Source: a virus
Virus record (IMG/VR): IMGVR_UViG_3300042898_000421
Length of the DNA stretch: 64,000 bases
Strand: one strand, 5' to 3'
The notes beneath the pieces are model-generated. The model did no database searches. It was not told the origin of the DNA and worked only from the letters and a program-made list of their open reading frames with translations. How positions within the stretch are numbered: the stretch's first letter is position 1; each line of letters opens with the position of its first letter. Shown here in pieces: positions 19,024-27,972 of this stretch. Both the position numbers and the translations under genes were made by a program.

Positions 19024-19772
19024 TCGCTACGGTAAGCATCTCGTTCAACAGCGCCAAACTTACGCAACACTACTTCATAGCTGTCTTTATTATGGTTAGT
19101 CAGTCCCTGTGCTGCTATGTGAAATGCCAACATGGTTTCTGGATGATAGATCAAACCTAGTTTATGATGATACTCAACTATGTACTGAGCTAGATCACAG
19201 TAAGTGGACATTGCACTGCTCTGCCCCAGTGCCATCATGTCGTTGGTCTTGTGCCCATAGCCGTGTACTTCATTGCTGGGAGTGATAACAGTTTGAGGAT
19301 TTTGTTTTAGATATTCTAGACAATGTTCTAGATCCAAGGGTGCAGCCAAGCCTAGATCCGGGCGTGTGCGTATGACCAAATCATAGGACTGACCCGTGGC
19401 CTGTTCATGTGCTCGTCGCTGTAGATCACATTCCCTTACGCTGGTATACATGCCCCACATTCGTTCCACGCTGGTTTCCCCTGCTTTGTGGTGTACCCGA
19501 GGCGGAGGATAACTGCTTCGATTCTCTATGCTTAGATTAATCAACTGGTGCCCTGCAGGCAGATAGCTGTTCAAGCGACTGTGTGCTGTTTCATATTCCA
19601 TGTGACGCCAACTGGGCGCTACAACATCTACTCCACGATGTTCTTCACATTGACTGTCCTGCCACAGCCAAACAAACCAGTCCACTGTGGTATAGCCCCG
19701 GAGATTTTCCAGAAGCAGATCGAATTCTCTACAGAATCTAGGTTCTCCGGGTAATAACAATGCTACTCTCAT
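19005..19772 (-). CDS. putative glycosyltransferase (paralogue group A)
   Basis: VALLLPGEPRF, YDLVIRTRPD, NDMMALG..AM..Y, PETML. Confidence 0.6.
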   Translation of the reverse strand: MRVALLLPGEPRFCREFDLLLENLRGYTTVDWFVWLWQDSQCEEHRGVDVVAPSWRHMEYETAHSRLNSYLPAGHQLINLSIENRSSYPPPRVHHKAGETSVERMWGMYTSVRECDLQRRAHEQATGQSYDLVIRTRPDLGLAAPLDLEHCLEYLKQNPQTVITPSNEVHGYGHKTNDMMALGQSSAMSTYCDLAQYIVEYHHKLGLIYHPETMLAFHIAAQGLTNHNKDSYEVVLRKFGAVERDAYRSDYGRWA

Positions 19773-20545
19773 GCCCAACTTCCGAAATCGCTAATATATT
19801 CTGTTTCACTTATCCGTTGACCCAACTGTCTAATGTCAATGCGGAATCCGGCAGTGCGTATTCCCATCTGCTGAGATTTCAAATAATCTCCCAGTATGGT
19901 CTCGGGATGAAATATTTTACCCTGTGCTATATACTGTTCAATCGAATGTAAACAGTCAGCATAACAACTCATGGCAGCACCCCGTCCCACAGCCATAAGA
20001 TCACTGACTGCATGTCCATAGCCCGCACGAGTATTATCGGGCATGATCACTGCACGATCATCATGCCCTAGGATTTCAGCACAGCGAGCTAGATCCAAGG
20101 TATTGTGTAGCATTAGATCGGGACGTATCTTCAGTACTAGGTCATAGGGTTGTCCGGTGCTGTGTTCGTGTGCTTGACGCATTTGATCTGTGCGCCAGTT
20201 ACCCCAGAACATTTTCCACCCGTTGGCCACGTTGGTAACACCGTCATCACGACCACTGTGAGGGAATGCCAGCTGACTTTGATCCACTAGTTCTAAGTGA
20301 GCCAAACGATGCCCACCCTGTAGATTCAGCTGAATACGTTCCTGAGCCCACTCCACTGTGGGATTGAGCCACCCGGGTGCCACCAACTCACTGCCCTGAC
20401 TGCGCCAATAGTCACTGCGACTTTGGCTGCGTGACCAAACGGACACAAACCAATCAGCAGAATCAAAGCCCACAAGCCTAGATTGAAACACTGTCAATTC
20501 CCTGCAGAACCTAGGTTCACCGCTGACTAATATGGCCACCTTCAT
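19769..20545 (-). CDS. putative glycosyltransferase (paralogue group A)
   Basis: VAILVSGEPRF, YDLVLKIRPD, SDLMAVG..AM..Y, PETIL. Confidence 0.6.
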   Translation of the reverse strand: MKVAILVSGEPRFCRELTVFQSRLVGFDSADWFVSVWSRSQSRSDYWRSQGSELVAPGWLNPTVEWAQERIQLNLQGGHRLAHLELVDQSQLAFPHSGRDDGVTNVANGWKMFWGNWRTDQMRQAHEHSTGQPYDLVLKIRPDLMLHNTLDLARCAEILGHDDRAVIMPDNTRAGYGHAVSDLMAVGRGAAMSCYADCLHSIEQYIAQGKIFHPETILGDYLKSQQMGIRTAGFRIDIRQLGQRISETEYISDFGSWA

Positions 20546-20625
20546 CGGTCAAGAGCCCAACCCAGCAGCGCGAAGCGCGAAGCGGTAAAAAAGAGATTTT
20601 TATACACCTTTATCTACCCACTTAA

Positions 20626-21189
20626 TCACACTAGATCCAGAACAACGTCACGTAGATTCTTACGTGCCACACGAGTCCTTAAATCTGTCGAGATCAAATC
20701 CAGTACACTGCCCAGATCATTACCGTTGACCTTAAACGACAGTCCGCCTGCTTCAAGCCACTGTGAACAATTGTCCGGACGATCATCTACTAATATATCC
20801 CCCACTGTGCAGTGTTTATGCTTGTCCCACGAATGCGGTCCAAAGTGTACGGGTACGTCGGGAAAATGTAGTTGTGCCCATAACACCTTGTCATAGAATG
20901 CCCAGTGTACATCATCTTTGGCGGGCACAGCAGTGAGAAACAGCAAATTCCAACCCAAGATGTCTCTATATTGACGTGCTAGATGTACAAGCTCGCCCAC
21001 CCTGGGCATAAGTGGTAGATCACGGTAAAAACGTGTTTGAGTCTTGATCAGTTCCCATTCTTCCACAGTGTTGCGATAGTGTGTGAGTGAATCGGGATTG
21101 CGCATTGGTCGACCTAAAAAGCTAGAAGCAGCTGATTCCCAATCAGCTACGACTCCGTCCATGTCTAGATAAAAGGTATTTTTAGTCAT
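20626..21189 (-). CDS. 5'(3')-deoxyribonucleotidase (NT5C-type HAD)
   Basis: YLDMDGVVAD, FLTA, K, LVDDRPDN..W...GG. Confidence 0.85.
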   Translation of the reverse strand: MTKNTFYLDMDGVVADWESAASSFLGRPMRNPDSLTHYRNTVEEWELIKTQTRFYRDLPLMPRVGELVHLARQYRDILGWNLLFLTAVPAKDDVHWAFYDKVLWAQLHFPDVPVHFGPHSWDKHKHCTVGDILVDDRPDNCSQWLEAGGLSFKVNGNDLGSVLDLISTDLRTRVARKNLRDVVLDLV

Positions 21190-21201
21190 AAGTTATACTT
21201 G

Positions 21202-21639
21202 TTAGTTATAGATGTAATTGACAGTGTCCGCATTGACTGACAGCACGCCAGCACCATTGCGTAGGTGAAACACACGAGCCATGTCAGTGGGTGGTGATAG
21301 AGTGACAAACTGTGTTAGAGTGGGTTGCACAACTCGTAGATGATCACGAGTCTGTAGAATCAACTGCCTCCCAGAACCAGCACTGTAGCTCCATATGGTA
21401 TAGAACACTGCTATGTGTGGAGTCATCATGTTGGGATGTGTTAGTTCCAGTGTGTTTTTGGGAACTGAATCTTTGTAAACAGCACATACAGCAGCCATGG
21501 GCTTACCATAGAGATCTAACAGTACAAATATATTACTGCGTTCACTTACTCTGAATTCAATGGGTATTTCGGGACGCACGGGATCGTCCTTGACTATGGC
21601 GCAAAGTGGGTCAGTGAGGGTGGTTATACAGTGTAGCAT
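21202..21639 (-). CDS. hypothetical phage protein (possible GNAT-like fold)
   Basis: DDPVRP, FYTIWSY..GSGRQLI, TLSP.T.MA..FHLRNGA. Confidence 0.5.
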   Translation of the reverse strand: MLHCITTLTDPLCAIVKDDPVRPEIPIEFRVSERSNIFVLLDLYGKPMAAVCAVYKDSVPKNTLELTHPNMMTPHIAVFYTIWSYSAGSGRQLILQTRDHLRVVQPTLTQFVTLSPPTDMARVFHLRNGAGVLSVNADTVNYIYN

Positions 21640-21959
21640 GAGTGTGCGAGTTTAAAATAATTATATACGTACTTATGCTATAAGTCAAGAATTTCTATAT
21701 ATAGAGGAAAAAATTAGCGCAAAAAATTTTCAAAATCCGAACAGCGTGGGTACCGAAAGTTTTAGCGGCTCAAATTTTTGCCGCGCAGTTAAAAAAGGGG
21801 GAAGAGATCTCGGCCCCTGGTGATCTACTCTAACACTGGGGGTGAAAAGTTTGGAGATTTTTTGAGAGAATTTTTGAGAACTTTTGGCATGCTTGCAAGT
21901 TAGTGCTTGCTAACATGTGCAAGCACTACCTGACCACCCCACCATGGCCGGCCACCCCC

Positions 21960-22256
21960 TCAGGCCTGGACCACCTGGTCCTCATCAGCCAGCAAGCCCA
22001 ACTCCGAATCACCGTAGCAGTCAAAGCCCTCTGCTTCTAACTCAGCAATGGCTTCGTTCATGAGACTCTCTACTACACGAACCTTGTCCACGACCCGTAG
22101 TTCTTTGTGGCGTGTAGCCCGCTTAGTACCCTGCTTGTACACTAGCGTATAGTGCTCAGCACAGTAGCTACGGCCCTCTAGTGCGGCGTGTGTACATGTA
22201 GGTGTGTGAGCGTGTGCGCCAATGTACTGGCATGTGTGTTGTGTAGTGTTAGTCAT
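21960..22256 (-). CDS. small Cys/His protein resembling the GcrA C-terminal domain
   Basis: TCQYIG...TCTHAALEGRSYCAEHYTLVY. Confidence 0.45.
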   Translation of the reverse strand: MTNTTQHTCQYIGAHAHTPTCTHAALEGRSYCAEHYTLVYKQGTKRATRHKELRVVDKVRVVESLMNEAIAELEAEGFDCYGDSELGLLADEDQVVQA

Positions 22257-22479
22257 TGTTGTCTTTTACTATCTTATCTAGGTCTGCTCGTTGCTGTTCG
22301 TTAGCGTGACTGTAGGCAGCAATACCCTGCACCACACCCAGTTCAAAGCCCGCCCTACGGCCGAGGTAATCACTACAGATGAACAGCGCCAGCATACACC
22401 AGAACCATTCACTGTAGAAGTCTATACCAGCGGCACTGAGTACTGTGCCCACTAGTGCGTATATGATTACTCGGGTCAT
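22249..22479 (-). CDS. small membrane protein
   Basis: two hydrophobic segments. Confidence 0.65.
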   Translation of the reverse strand: MTRVIIYALVGTVLSAAGIDFYSEWFWCMLALFICSDYLGRRAGFELGVVQGIAAYSHANEQQRADLDKIVKDNND

Positions 22480-23348
22480 GCTCGCTTCATACAGGTAGTC
22501 TTGGCCATTGCCTGCCAGTTCTTTGGAAAGCCCTTGCGCAGGTCTGCCAGCTTCAAGACCATACGCAGGCTTAGCTCTCTGAGTTTGTCCTGGTTGGTCT
22601 CCACAAAATTGACAATCTCGTCCTTTTGGATCTGACTGAACTCAAAGCGGTCCAGCATGCCTGCATCGTTCACAACCTGCTTGATACGCAAGATCTTCTC
22701 TCTGTCGGTGTCCATCTGCAGGTCAATGTAGTGGCAACGGCTTTCCAATGCATCTAAGTGATCTCTCAGTCGCTTGCTCTTAACGTGCTCAAACTTGATG
22801 TTGGTGATAAAGATAGCCGCACCTTTGAACTCAAAGCGATCTGGGATACCTTCGGAGCGCAGGAGCCTGCTGTCTGTGTTCCAAGCAATGAAACGGCGCT
22901 CACTGGAGTCCAAGGCACCCTTGAGGATGTTCAAGCTGAGGTCTTCCATAAGGATACTGTCGCAGTCATCGAACACAACCACGTTCTTAGCGTCAGAGAA
23001 CTCATACAGTTTAGCGTACAGTCCCAAGGCACTCATAGCACCTTTGACAATCTCAAACTTGGGTTTCTTCTCAGCCAATGTATCAAACAGGCCGTCCTTT
23101 TGCAAAACCTTCTCAACTCCAAAGCTCTTGCCAACACCCGGGGGACCCGATACAATCATAGCACGGACATCACCTGACTTCACAGCCTTGGTCATCTCGT
23201 CCAGAATCTCAAAGCGCTCGCCCAGTCGTGCCAGGATCTCTGCGTCTGTTTCCTTAGCCACTTCGTTCTCGCGCTTCTTGATAGCGTCCGTATCGAATTC
23301 CAGTACTGTAGTGCCCTTGCTGGGGGCTTTTGCTTTAGTTGCTGCCAT
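22476..23348 (-). CDS. AAA+ P-loop ATPase
   Basis: SGPPGVGKS, VVVFDDCD, sensor ITN, ALESR arginine finger. Confidence 0.85.
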   Translation of the reverse strand: MAATKAKAPSKGTTVLEFDTDAIKKRENEVAKETDAEILARLGERFEILDEMTKAVKSGDVRAMIVSGPPGVGKSFGVEKVLQKDGLFDTLAEKKPKFEIVKGAMSALGLYAKLYEFSDAKNVVVFDDCDSILMEDLSLNILKGALDSSERRFIAWNTDSRLLRSEGIPDRFEFKGAAIFITNIKFEHVKSKRLRDHLDALESRCHYIDLQMDTDREKILRIKQVVNDAGMLDRFEFSQIQKDEIVNFVETNQDKLRELSLRMVLKLADLRKGFPKNWQAMAKTTCMKRA

Positions 23349-23410
23349 GTTGTTTCCTTAGTGTTAAAGATTGTATTATAGCAGGGAATTGCTTCCCCGT
23401 CAATGACTAA

Positions 23411-23761
23411 TTAGTCCATTCTTGAACCAGCGTAGACCTTGTCCAAGCCCAACTTAGCCTTGAGCACCTCTGCGTATGCATAGGCACCCGCTTCCAGGAT
23501 GTCCAAGCTCTGAGCAGCCGCCTTGCCTGGATTCCACAGCTGGAGCGAACCTGTGTAGTCTTTGCGGAAGCCAGCGGCTTGCAGGGCCTTGCCCAACTTG
23601 CTGTTGGAGCGTACACCCCACACATTGACCCAAGCAAAGCCACAAGCGCCACGGTCACCGCCCAGTGCGGCATAGGCCTGCTTAACAGCTGAGCGAGCAG
23701 CCAGTGCGGCTTCGTTGGTTGCGTCTTGCACGGCGTCCAGGTTAAAGTCTTTAGCGTTCAT
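23411..23761 (-). CDS. hypothetical phage protein
   Basis: promoter plus AAGGAG SD; CGFAWV...YAGSRMD. Confidence 0.8.
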   Translation of the reverse strand: MNAKDFNLDAVQDATNEAALAARSAVKQAYAALGGDRGACGFAWVNVWGVRSNSKLGKALQAAGFRKDYTGSLQLWNPGKAAAQSLDILEAGAYAYAEVLKAKLGLDKVYAGSRMD

Positions 23762-23826
23762 TTAAAAGCTCCTTAGTGCGTTGTTGATGTATGTATTATA
23801 ACAAGGTTTTACCAACTTGTCAACTG

Positions 23827-24027
23827 TTATTTGCTGTTATTTGTGTGGCTTTTAAACAACAGGCCGCAGAGGAAGTTCAATCCCCATGCTTGGAACAGAG
23901 TGATGGTCTTCAACCCAAACAGTTCGGGCATCAACCAGTCCCACAGCCACATTGTGGGCAGTGCCATGATCAAACTGAAGGCAACTAGAACTGCAACGGC
24001 AGTGATGAAAGCGGCGATGGCTTGCAT
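23827..24027 (-). CDS. small membrane protein
   Basis: AAGGAG SD before ATG 24027; LWDWLMPELFGL. Confidence 0.7.
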   Translation of the reverse strand: MQAIAAFITAVAVLVAFSLIMALPTMWLWDWLMPELFGLKTITLFQAWGLNFLCGLLFKSHTNNSK

Positions 24028-24041
24028 GGTGTGCTCCTTGT

Positions 24042-24260
24042 TTACTTGTTCAACTTGTTCAGGCTTTCCAGGTGCTCTGCTTTGGCCAATTCGATGTCGT
24101 AGACCATCTTGCACAGGTAGACTATCATACCTACACAGAAGCCTACGCCAATCTGTGCCACTGTGAAGTAGGTGAATGCCACGTTGACTGCGAAGCCTGC
24201 TACTAGGGCAATGCCCAGGAGTTTGCCCATGTTGAGCAGTGCGGTTTGTTTTGGAGTCAT
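24042..24260 (-). CDS. small membrane protein
   Basis: two hydrophobic segments. Confidence 0.7.
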   Translation of the reverse strand: MTPKQTALLNMGKLLGIALVAGFAVNVAFTYFTVAQIGVGFCVGMIVYLCKMVYDIELAKAEHLESLNKLNK

Positions 24261-24261
24261 T

Positions 24262-24396
24262 TCATTTTCCTTTGGTTTGTTTGGCTTCTTGCTGGGCGAT
24301 CTTGCCCGAGTAGGCTTTGCCTGCGGTGTGGATCAGACCAGTCTTGGTGTAGGTAATAACACCGCCAGTGCTTGATGGAACTGTTTTTGCTTGCAT
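24262..24396 (-). CDS. 44-aa basic protein (not in ORF track)
   Basis: MQAKTVPSSTGGVITYTKTGLIHTAGKAYSGKIAQQEAKQTKGK; own promoter and AAGGAAG SD. Confidence 0.7.
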   Translation of the reverse strand: MQAKTVPSSTGGVITYTKTGLIHTAGKAYSGKIAQQEAKQTKGK

Positions 24397-24511
24397 AGTG
24401 CTTCCTTGTTGTTTAAGTATGTATTGTAACATAAAAAAGCCTCAGTGTCAACCTACGAAGTGCCCAGGCGTGTTGCAGGGCCTAGTGGTAGGCTGACTCT
24501 TTGGCAACTCT

Positions 24512-24901
24512 TTAGACCCAGCTGTCCACCATCATAACGGGCTTCTTAAGGGCTCGCTTAACGAAGTCTTCTGGCTCGTCATCGCAACGTACCATAACAA
24601 AACCCATGCTCTCTACCAGGTCTGTCTCGCATACTTGGATGTCTACACCTGCGGCCTCTAGTGCCATGTTCATCTTGGTTAGTGCATATTTGACACCTGC
24701 TTCAAAGGCAGCGTACTCGCCGTCTGCTGTGTCTTCAAAGTCAAAGTGTTCTTCCATCACTTGGTGATAGTCTTGTCCATCTGCTATGATGAACTTGCCG
24801 ATCTTGTTCCACTGTGCTCTGCTGTCTACGTCAAAGTGGTCACAAGCTTCGTTCATGTCAAACTGTGCGAAGTTGTCGTAGTTTACTTTAGATTTAGCCA
24901 T
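24512..24901 (-). CDS. acidic hypothetical protein
   Basis: promoter plus SD. Confidence 0.75.
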   Translation of the reverse strand: MAKSKVNYDNFAQFDMNEACDHFDVDSRAQWNKIGKFIIADGQDYHQVMEEHFDFEDTADGEYAAFEAGVKYALTKMNMALEAAGVDIQVCETDLVESMGFVMVRCDDEPEDFVKRALKKPVMMVDSWV

Positions 24902-24941
24902 TTGTCGCTCCCTTTTGTGTTAGTGTGTATGTATTATAACT

Positions 24942-25151
24942 TCAAAGTCTGAACTTGTCAAGAACTTTGTTAGCTTCTTTGAACTGTGGCAATTTAGCCA
25001 CAGCAGTGTCGATGGTCAACAGGTGTGCCTGCGCCAGCAGTTCTTCTGCGTACAGGCGGTCGTCTTCCGATACTTCTATGTACCATTGTGCCAGCTGACG
25101 AGTAGGCATGTTCAACAAGAACATGAGGTTGTTGGTATCGTGTGCGTTCAT
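24942..25151 (-). CDS. hypothetical protein
   Basis: TAATG coupling sets the start at 25151. Confidence 0.65.
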   Translation of the reverse strand: MNAHDTNNLMFLLNMPTRQLAQWYIEVSEDDRLYAEELLAQAHLLTIDTAVAKLPQFKEANKVLDKFRL

Positions 25152-25234
25152 TAAAATTCTCCCATGATGACGATTGCCAAGCCCATGACGATCACGGGCA
25201 AGAGTACTATGGCTAGGTTGATCATTGCTTGCAT
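25151..25234 (-). CDS. 27-aa hydrophobic peptide (not in ORF track)
   Basis: MQAMINLAIVLLPVIVMGLAIVIMGEF; TAATG-coupled at both ends. Confidence 0.6.
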   Translation of the reverse strand: MQAMINLAIVLLPVIVMGLAIVIMGEF

Positions 25235-25458
25235 TAGATCCACTCCTTATAGTCGCCATGTTCTTCGTTGTCGTTGAAGCCTGCGGTGTAGGCCACGATC
25301 TCGTTGGGTGTCATGTCCTTGAGAGTGACACGCCCTGAGGCTTTGGTGTCACCTAGGTAGTAGTGGGGATTGTAGTCCCTGCGGTAATAGCTGTCTGCCA
25401 TGCCGCGATCATAAGGACCACCGTGTCGTGTGTCCATCTCGATGTGTTCTCTAATCAT
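25234..25458 (-). CDS. hypothetical phage protein
   Basis: RHGGPYDRGMADSYY...YTAG; promoter plus SD. Confidence 0.75.
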   Translation of the reverse strand: MIREHIEMDTRHGGPYDRGMADSYYRRDYNPHYYLGDTKASGRVTLKDMTPNEIVAYTAGFNDNEEHGDYKEWI

Positions 25459-25525
25459 CTTTGCTCCTTAGTGTCTATGTGTGTATTGTAACAGGAATTC
25501 AAAGCCCTGTCAACCACTAAGGTCT

Positions 25526-25843
25526 TTACCAAACCAACTCTTTTGCTGGGTAACGGATGGAACCTTCGTAGTCCAACTGGCTCTGCTCAAACTCTGTAAG
25601 GTAGTTATCGGCTACGATGCGGAAGTCTACGATGTGCTCGCGGAAGTGATCGTTGTCGCATTCGATCTGGCTACGCAAGGCCATCACTGCCATAGTAGCA
25701 TCAGCCATGCCACCTTTGAACTTCTTGATCACATAATCAGAACCGCCCTTGAACTTCCAGTACTGTGGGCACTCTCCTTCACCGTCCCAATCGTGGGCGC
25801 CGTAGTTCTCTTGGTACTGTGTGCTGATTAAGAGTTTAGCCAT
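25526..25843 (-). CDS. hypothetical phage protein
   Basis: TQYQENYGAHDWDG.GECPQYWKFKGG; promoter plus SD. Confidence 0.8.
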   Translation of the reverse strand: MAKLLISTQYQENYGAHDWDGEGECPQYWKFKGGSDYVIKKFKGGMADATMAVMALRSQIECDNDHFREHIVDFRIVADNYLTEFEQSQLDYEGSIRYPAKELVW

Positions 25844-25911
25844 TGTGTGCTCCTTGTTGCGATGTATGTATTATAACATCAAAAAGAAACCCTGTCAAGT
25901 GCAGGGTTATT

Positions 25912-25986
25912 TGGTCCGGCCACCAGGAATCGAACCTGGATTGACTGCTTAGAAGGCAGATGTTCTGTCCATTGAACTATGGCCAG
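25912..25986 (-). tRNA. tRNA-Arg (anticodon TCT)
   Basis: acceptor CTGGCCA/TGGCCGG, discriminator A plus encoded CCA, D-stem GTTC/GAAC, loop CT-TCT-AA, T-arm CCAGG-TTCGATT-CCTGG. Confidence 0.93.
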
Positions 25987-25992
25987 GAATCT

Positions 25993-26280
25993 TTATCTAC
26001 AGTGAGTGCGCCAGCCAAAGAACTGACCATAGCCGTTATAGACCGGAGTATGGTAGCATACCGGCTGTGGGGGCAAGGGTTGGTAGATGATCTGCGGTTG
26101 TGGTTGGTAGATCACAGGAGGTTGTTGAACGATTACAGGAGGCTGAACAGGCTGTTGTTTAGCCATTGAATTGCCTATGAATCCGCCTAGGATGATACCC
26201 AGCAAGACATCCTCTGGACCAGCTGCCTGTGCAGTGCCCAAGGATGCGATCAGTGCGATTGAAGTAAGGATTCGTTTCAT
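25993..26280 (-). CDS. secreted/membrane Gln-Pro-rich protein
   Basis: signal-like N-terminus, glycine-zipper ILLGIILGGFIG, QP-rich tail; ATG 6 nt after the -10 box. Confidence 0.7.
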   Translation of the reverse strand: MKRILTSIALIASLGTAQAAGPEDVLLGIILGGFIGNSMAKQQPVQPPVIVQQPPVIYQPQPQIIYQPLPPQPVCYHTPVYNGYGQFFGWRTHCR

Positions 26281-26306
26281 AGTTCTATTATACAGTCAAT
26301 TATTTA

Positions 26307-26516
26307 TCAAGTCAACTCTTTGAAGGTGCGCCCTTTGAGATCCAGCTTGAGCGGTGTTCGGAACTTCTTTACCTGATCTGTACCCGCTGGTATGTAGGCA
26401 ATGGCTGTGGCACTACGACCGCTGACTCGTTCATTGAAGACGTAGATGTGGTTGGCGCCGTTGCTGTCTGTCCACTGTGTGGTTTCCTGATAGACTTTAA
26501 TCGATTTGGATGTCAT
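26307..26516 (-). CDS. hypothetical protein
   Basis: 69-aa ORF in cassette. Confidence 0.7.
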   Translation of the reverse strand: MTSKSIKVYQETTQWTDSNGANHIYVFNERVSGRSATAIAYIPAGTDQVKKFRTPLKLDLKGRTFKELT

Positions 26517-26682
26517 GTATCTTACCCTCGTTGAAGATGTAATAGAGGTTCATTGGACCGTAGTAGACCCAAATGCAATCGTTGCCCCGGGTCATTGTAT
26601 AGTTTGATATCCCTTTGCGAGCCATGTCCTCTTCGACAAGGATGACCTCTAGTGGGTTCAAGTCTGGATGTATCTTAAGCAC
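26497..26682 (-). CDS. hypothetical protein
   Basis: 61-aa ORF in cassette. Confidence 0.6.
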   Translation of the reverse strand: MLKIHPDLNPLEVILVEEDMARKGISNYTMTRGNDCIWVYYGPMNLYYIFNEGKIHDIQID

Positions 26683-26878
26683 GTTTCAGCACTCCGAAGA
26701 TAGAATTTTGCAGTTCAGCGGCTTCCTCAGTCTCGAGGTAGAAGTCAGTCCGTGGATCCCAGTAGCGGCCTTCCTTAGGATCGTAGTAGGCAACACGACC
26801 GTTGGGATAGTGGAAAGGACCTTCAAGTCCATTGCGTGGACCGTATTCCTTATTGTGCTTGAAGACGATGTAGCTCAT
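26675..26878 (-). CDS. hypothetical phage protein
   Basis: GLEGPF.YPNGRVAYYDPKEGRYWDPRTDFY; promoter plus SD. Confidence 0.75.
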   Translation of the reverse strand: MSYIVFKHNKEYGPRNGLEGPFHYPNGRVAYYDPKEGRYWDPRTDFYLETEEAAELQNSIFGVLKRA

Positions 26879-26942
26879 TGACTGCTCCTTGTTGCGATGT
26901 ATGTATTATAACGCCGTTTGGATAACCTGTCAACCTGTAGGG

Positions 26943-27128
26943 TTATTCCATATAGTTGATTGGCGGATCCAGCATGGCCTCCAGCCGAGCAACCTCTTCC
27001 TTGGCACTGGCATACATACTCAGCAGCCACTCAACTCGCTCGGCTGGACTACCTTCACGCCAGTCCTTGCTACCCTCGAACAACTCTGTGGGCAGGAGTT
27101 CCTGGATGCGTTCAATTTCTGTTTTCAT
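26943..27128 (-). CDS. hypothetical protein
   Basis: ATGA-coupled start at 27128. Confidence 0.6.
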   Translation of the reverse strand: MKTEIERIQELLPTELFEGSKDWREGSPAERVEWLLSMYASAKEEVARLEAMLDPPINYME

Positions 27129-27241
27129 TTCCAACCCCACACCACTGAGTTATACTGCCCACTGCGACGAGCACGGACTTTGGCCTTACGCTCTTGTCGT
27201 TGTAGGAATAGCATAGTCCATGCATTTGTTTCTAATCTCAT
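27125..27241 (-). CDS. 38-aa basic peptide (not in ORF track)
   Basis: MRLETNAWTMLFLQRQERKAKVRARRSGQYNSVVWGWK; AAGGAG SD. Confidence 0.55.
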   Translation of the reverse strand: MRLETNAWTMLFLQRQERKAKVRARRSGQYNSVVWGWK

Positions 27242-27250
27242 ATCAACTCC

Positions 27251-27475
27251 TTAACGAACAGCCAAACGCTTGAGCATGGCCAGGGTCTCTGGCTTGTTCA
27301 TCAGACGATCAAAAGCCTCTTGTGGGTTGTAGTACAGGCCAGTCTTGCGATCCTGCACGCTAGCGGCGGCATCTTCTTCACGCTGTCGCACAATGTCGTA
27401 GGCCACATCGTCAGCATAGCCTTTTGCAGTCAACTCTGCCATCTGTGCTTCAAACTCTTCTTGACTGTAAAACAT
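27251..27475 (-). CDS. hypothetical protein
   Basis: promoter plus CAGGAG SD. Confidence 0.7.
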   Translation of the reverse strand: MFYSQEEFEAQMAELTAKGYADDVAYDIVRQREEDAAASVQDRKTGLYYNPQEAFDRLMNKPETLAMLKRLAVR

Positions 27476-27637
27476 GGTGTGCTCCTGTTTGTTGCTGTCT
27501 ATGTATGTATTATAACACCAAATCAATACCCTGTCAACCAGTCGGGATATAGGTGAACCCCGCGATGCTTCACAGCAGGGCAGGGTTCGGGGGTTGCCTG
27601 GGACACTACCCCCAGGACTTCGGAGCGAACTCTCTAA

Positions 27638-27907
27638 TTACGCAAGGCCGAGAGCCATAGCCTTGTAACCTGCGGCAATGATCTTGCGGCTTGGTTGACC
27701 CATAACATACTCGGTCACTTCAACACCGTTACCGGCTTTGCGGTTGTTTGCATACACTGCGAAACCGCTTTGACGAATGCGGCTGACTTCAGCTGTGACA
27801 TTCTTGATACCGAAACGCTTTGCAGCCTGTGCAGGAGTCAATGCCTCGCCTGCTTTCAATGCTGTGAATAGTTTCCCGGCTTTGGTTTCTGGATTAATCG
27901 TTTTCAT
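27638..27907 (-). CDS. winged helix-turn-helix DNA-binding protein
   Basis: KLFTALKAGEALTPAQAAKRFGIKNVTAEVSRIRQSGFAV followed by a beta wing. Confidence 0.65.
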   Translation of the reverse strand: MKTINPETKAGKLFTALKAGEALTPAQAAKRFGIKNVTAEVSRIRQSGFAVYANNRKAGNGVEVTEYVMGQPSRKIIAAGYKAMALGLA

Positions 27908-27972
27908 TTTGTCTTCCTTGTTAGATACTGCTGTGCAGTTATTATCTATTATAGAGAAGACTGACTGGTAAA

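Noticed and set aside
24452-24480. ZTP riboswitch (CGCCTGGGC on the minus strand; also at 29430 and 62924)
   Set aside because: The 5' aptamer domain and the GCC(C/G) arm of P3 are missing, and no purine/folate gene is downstream.
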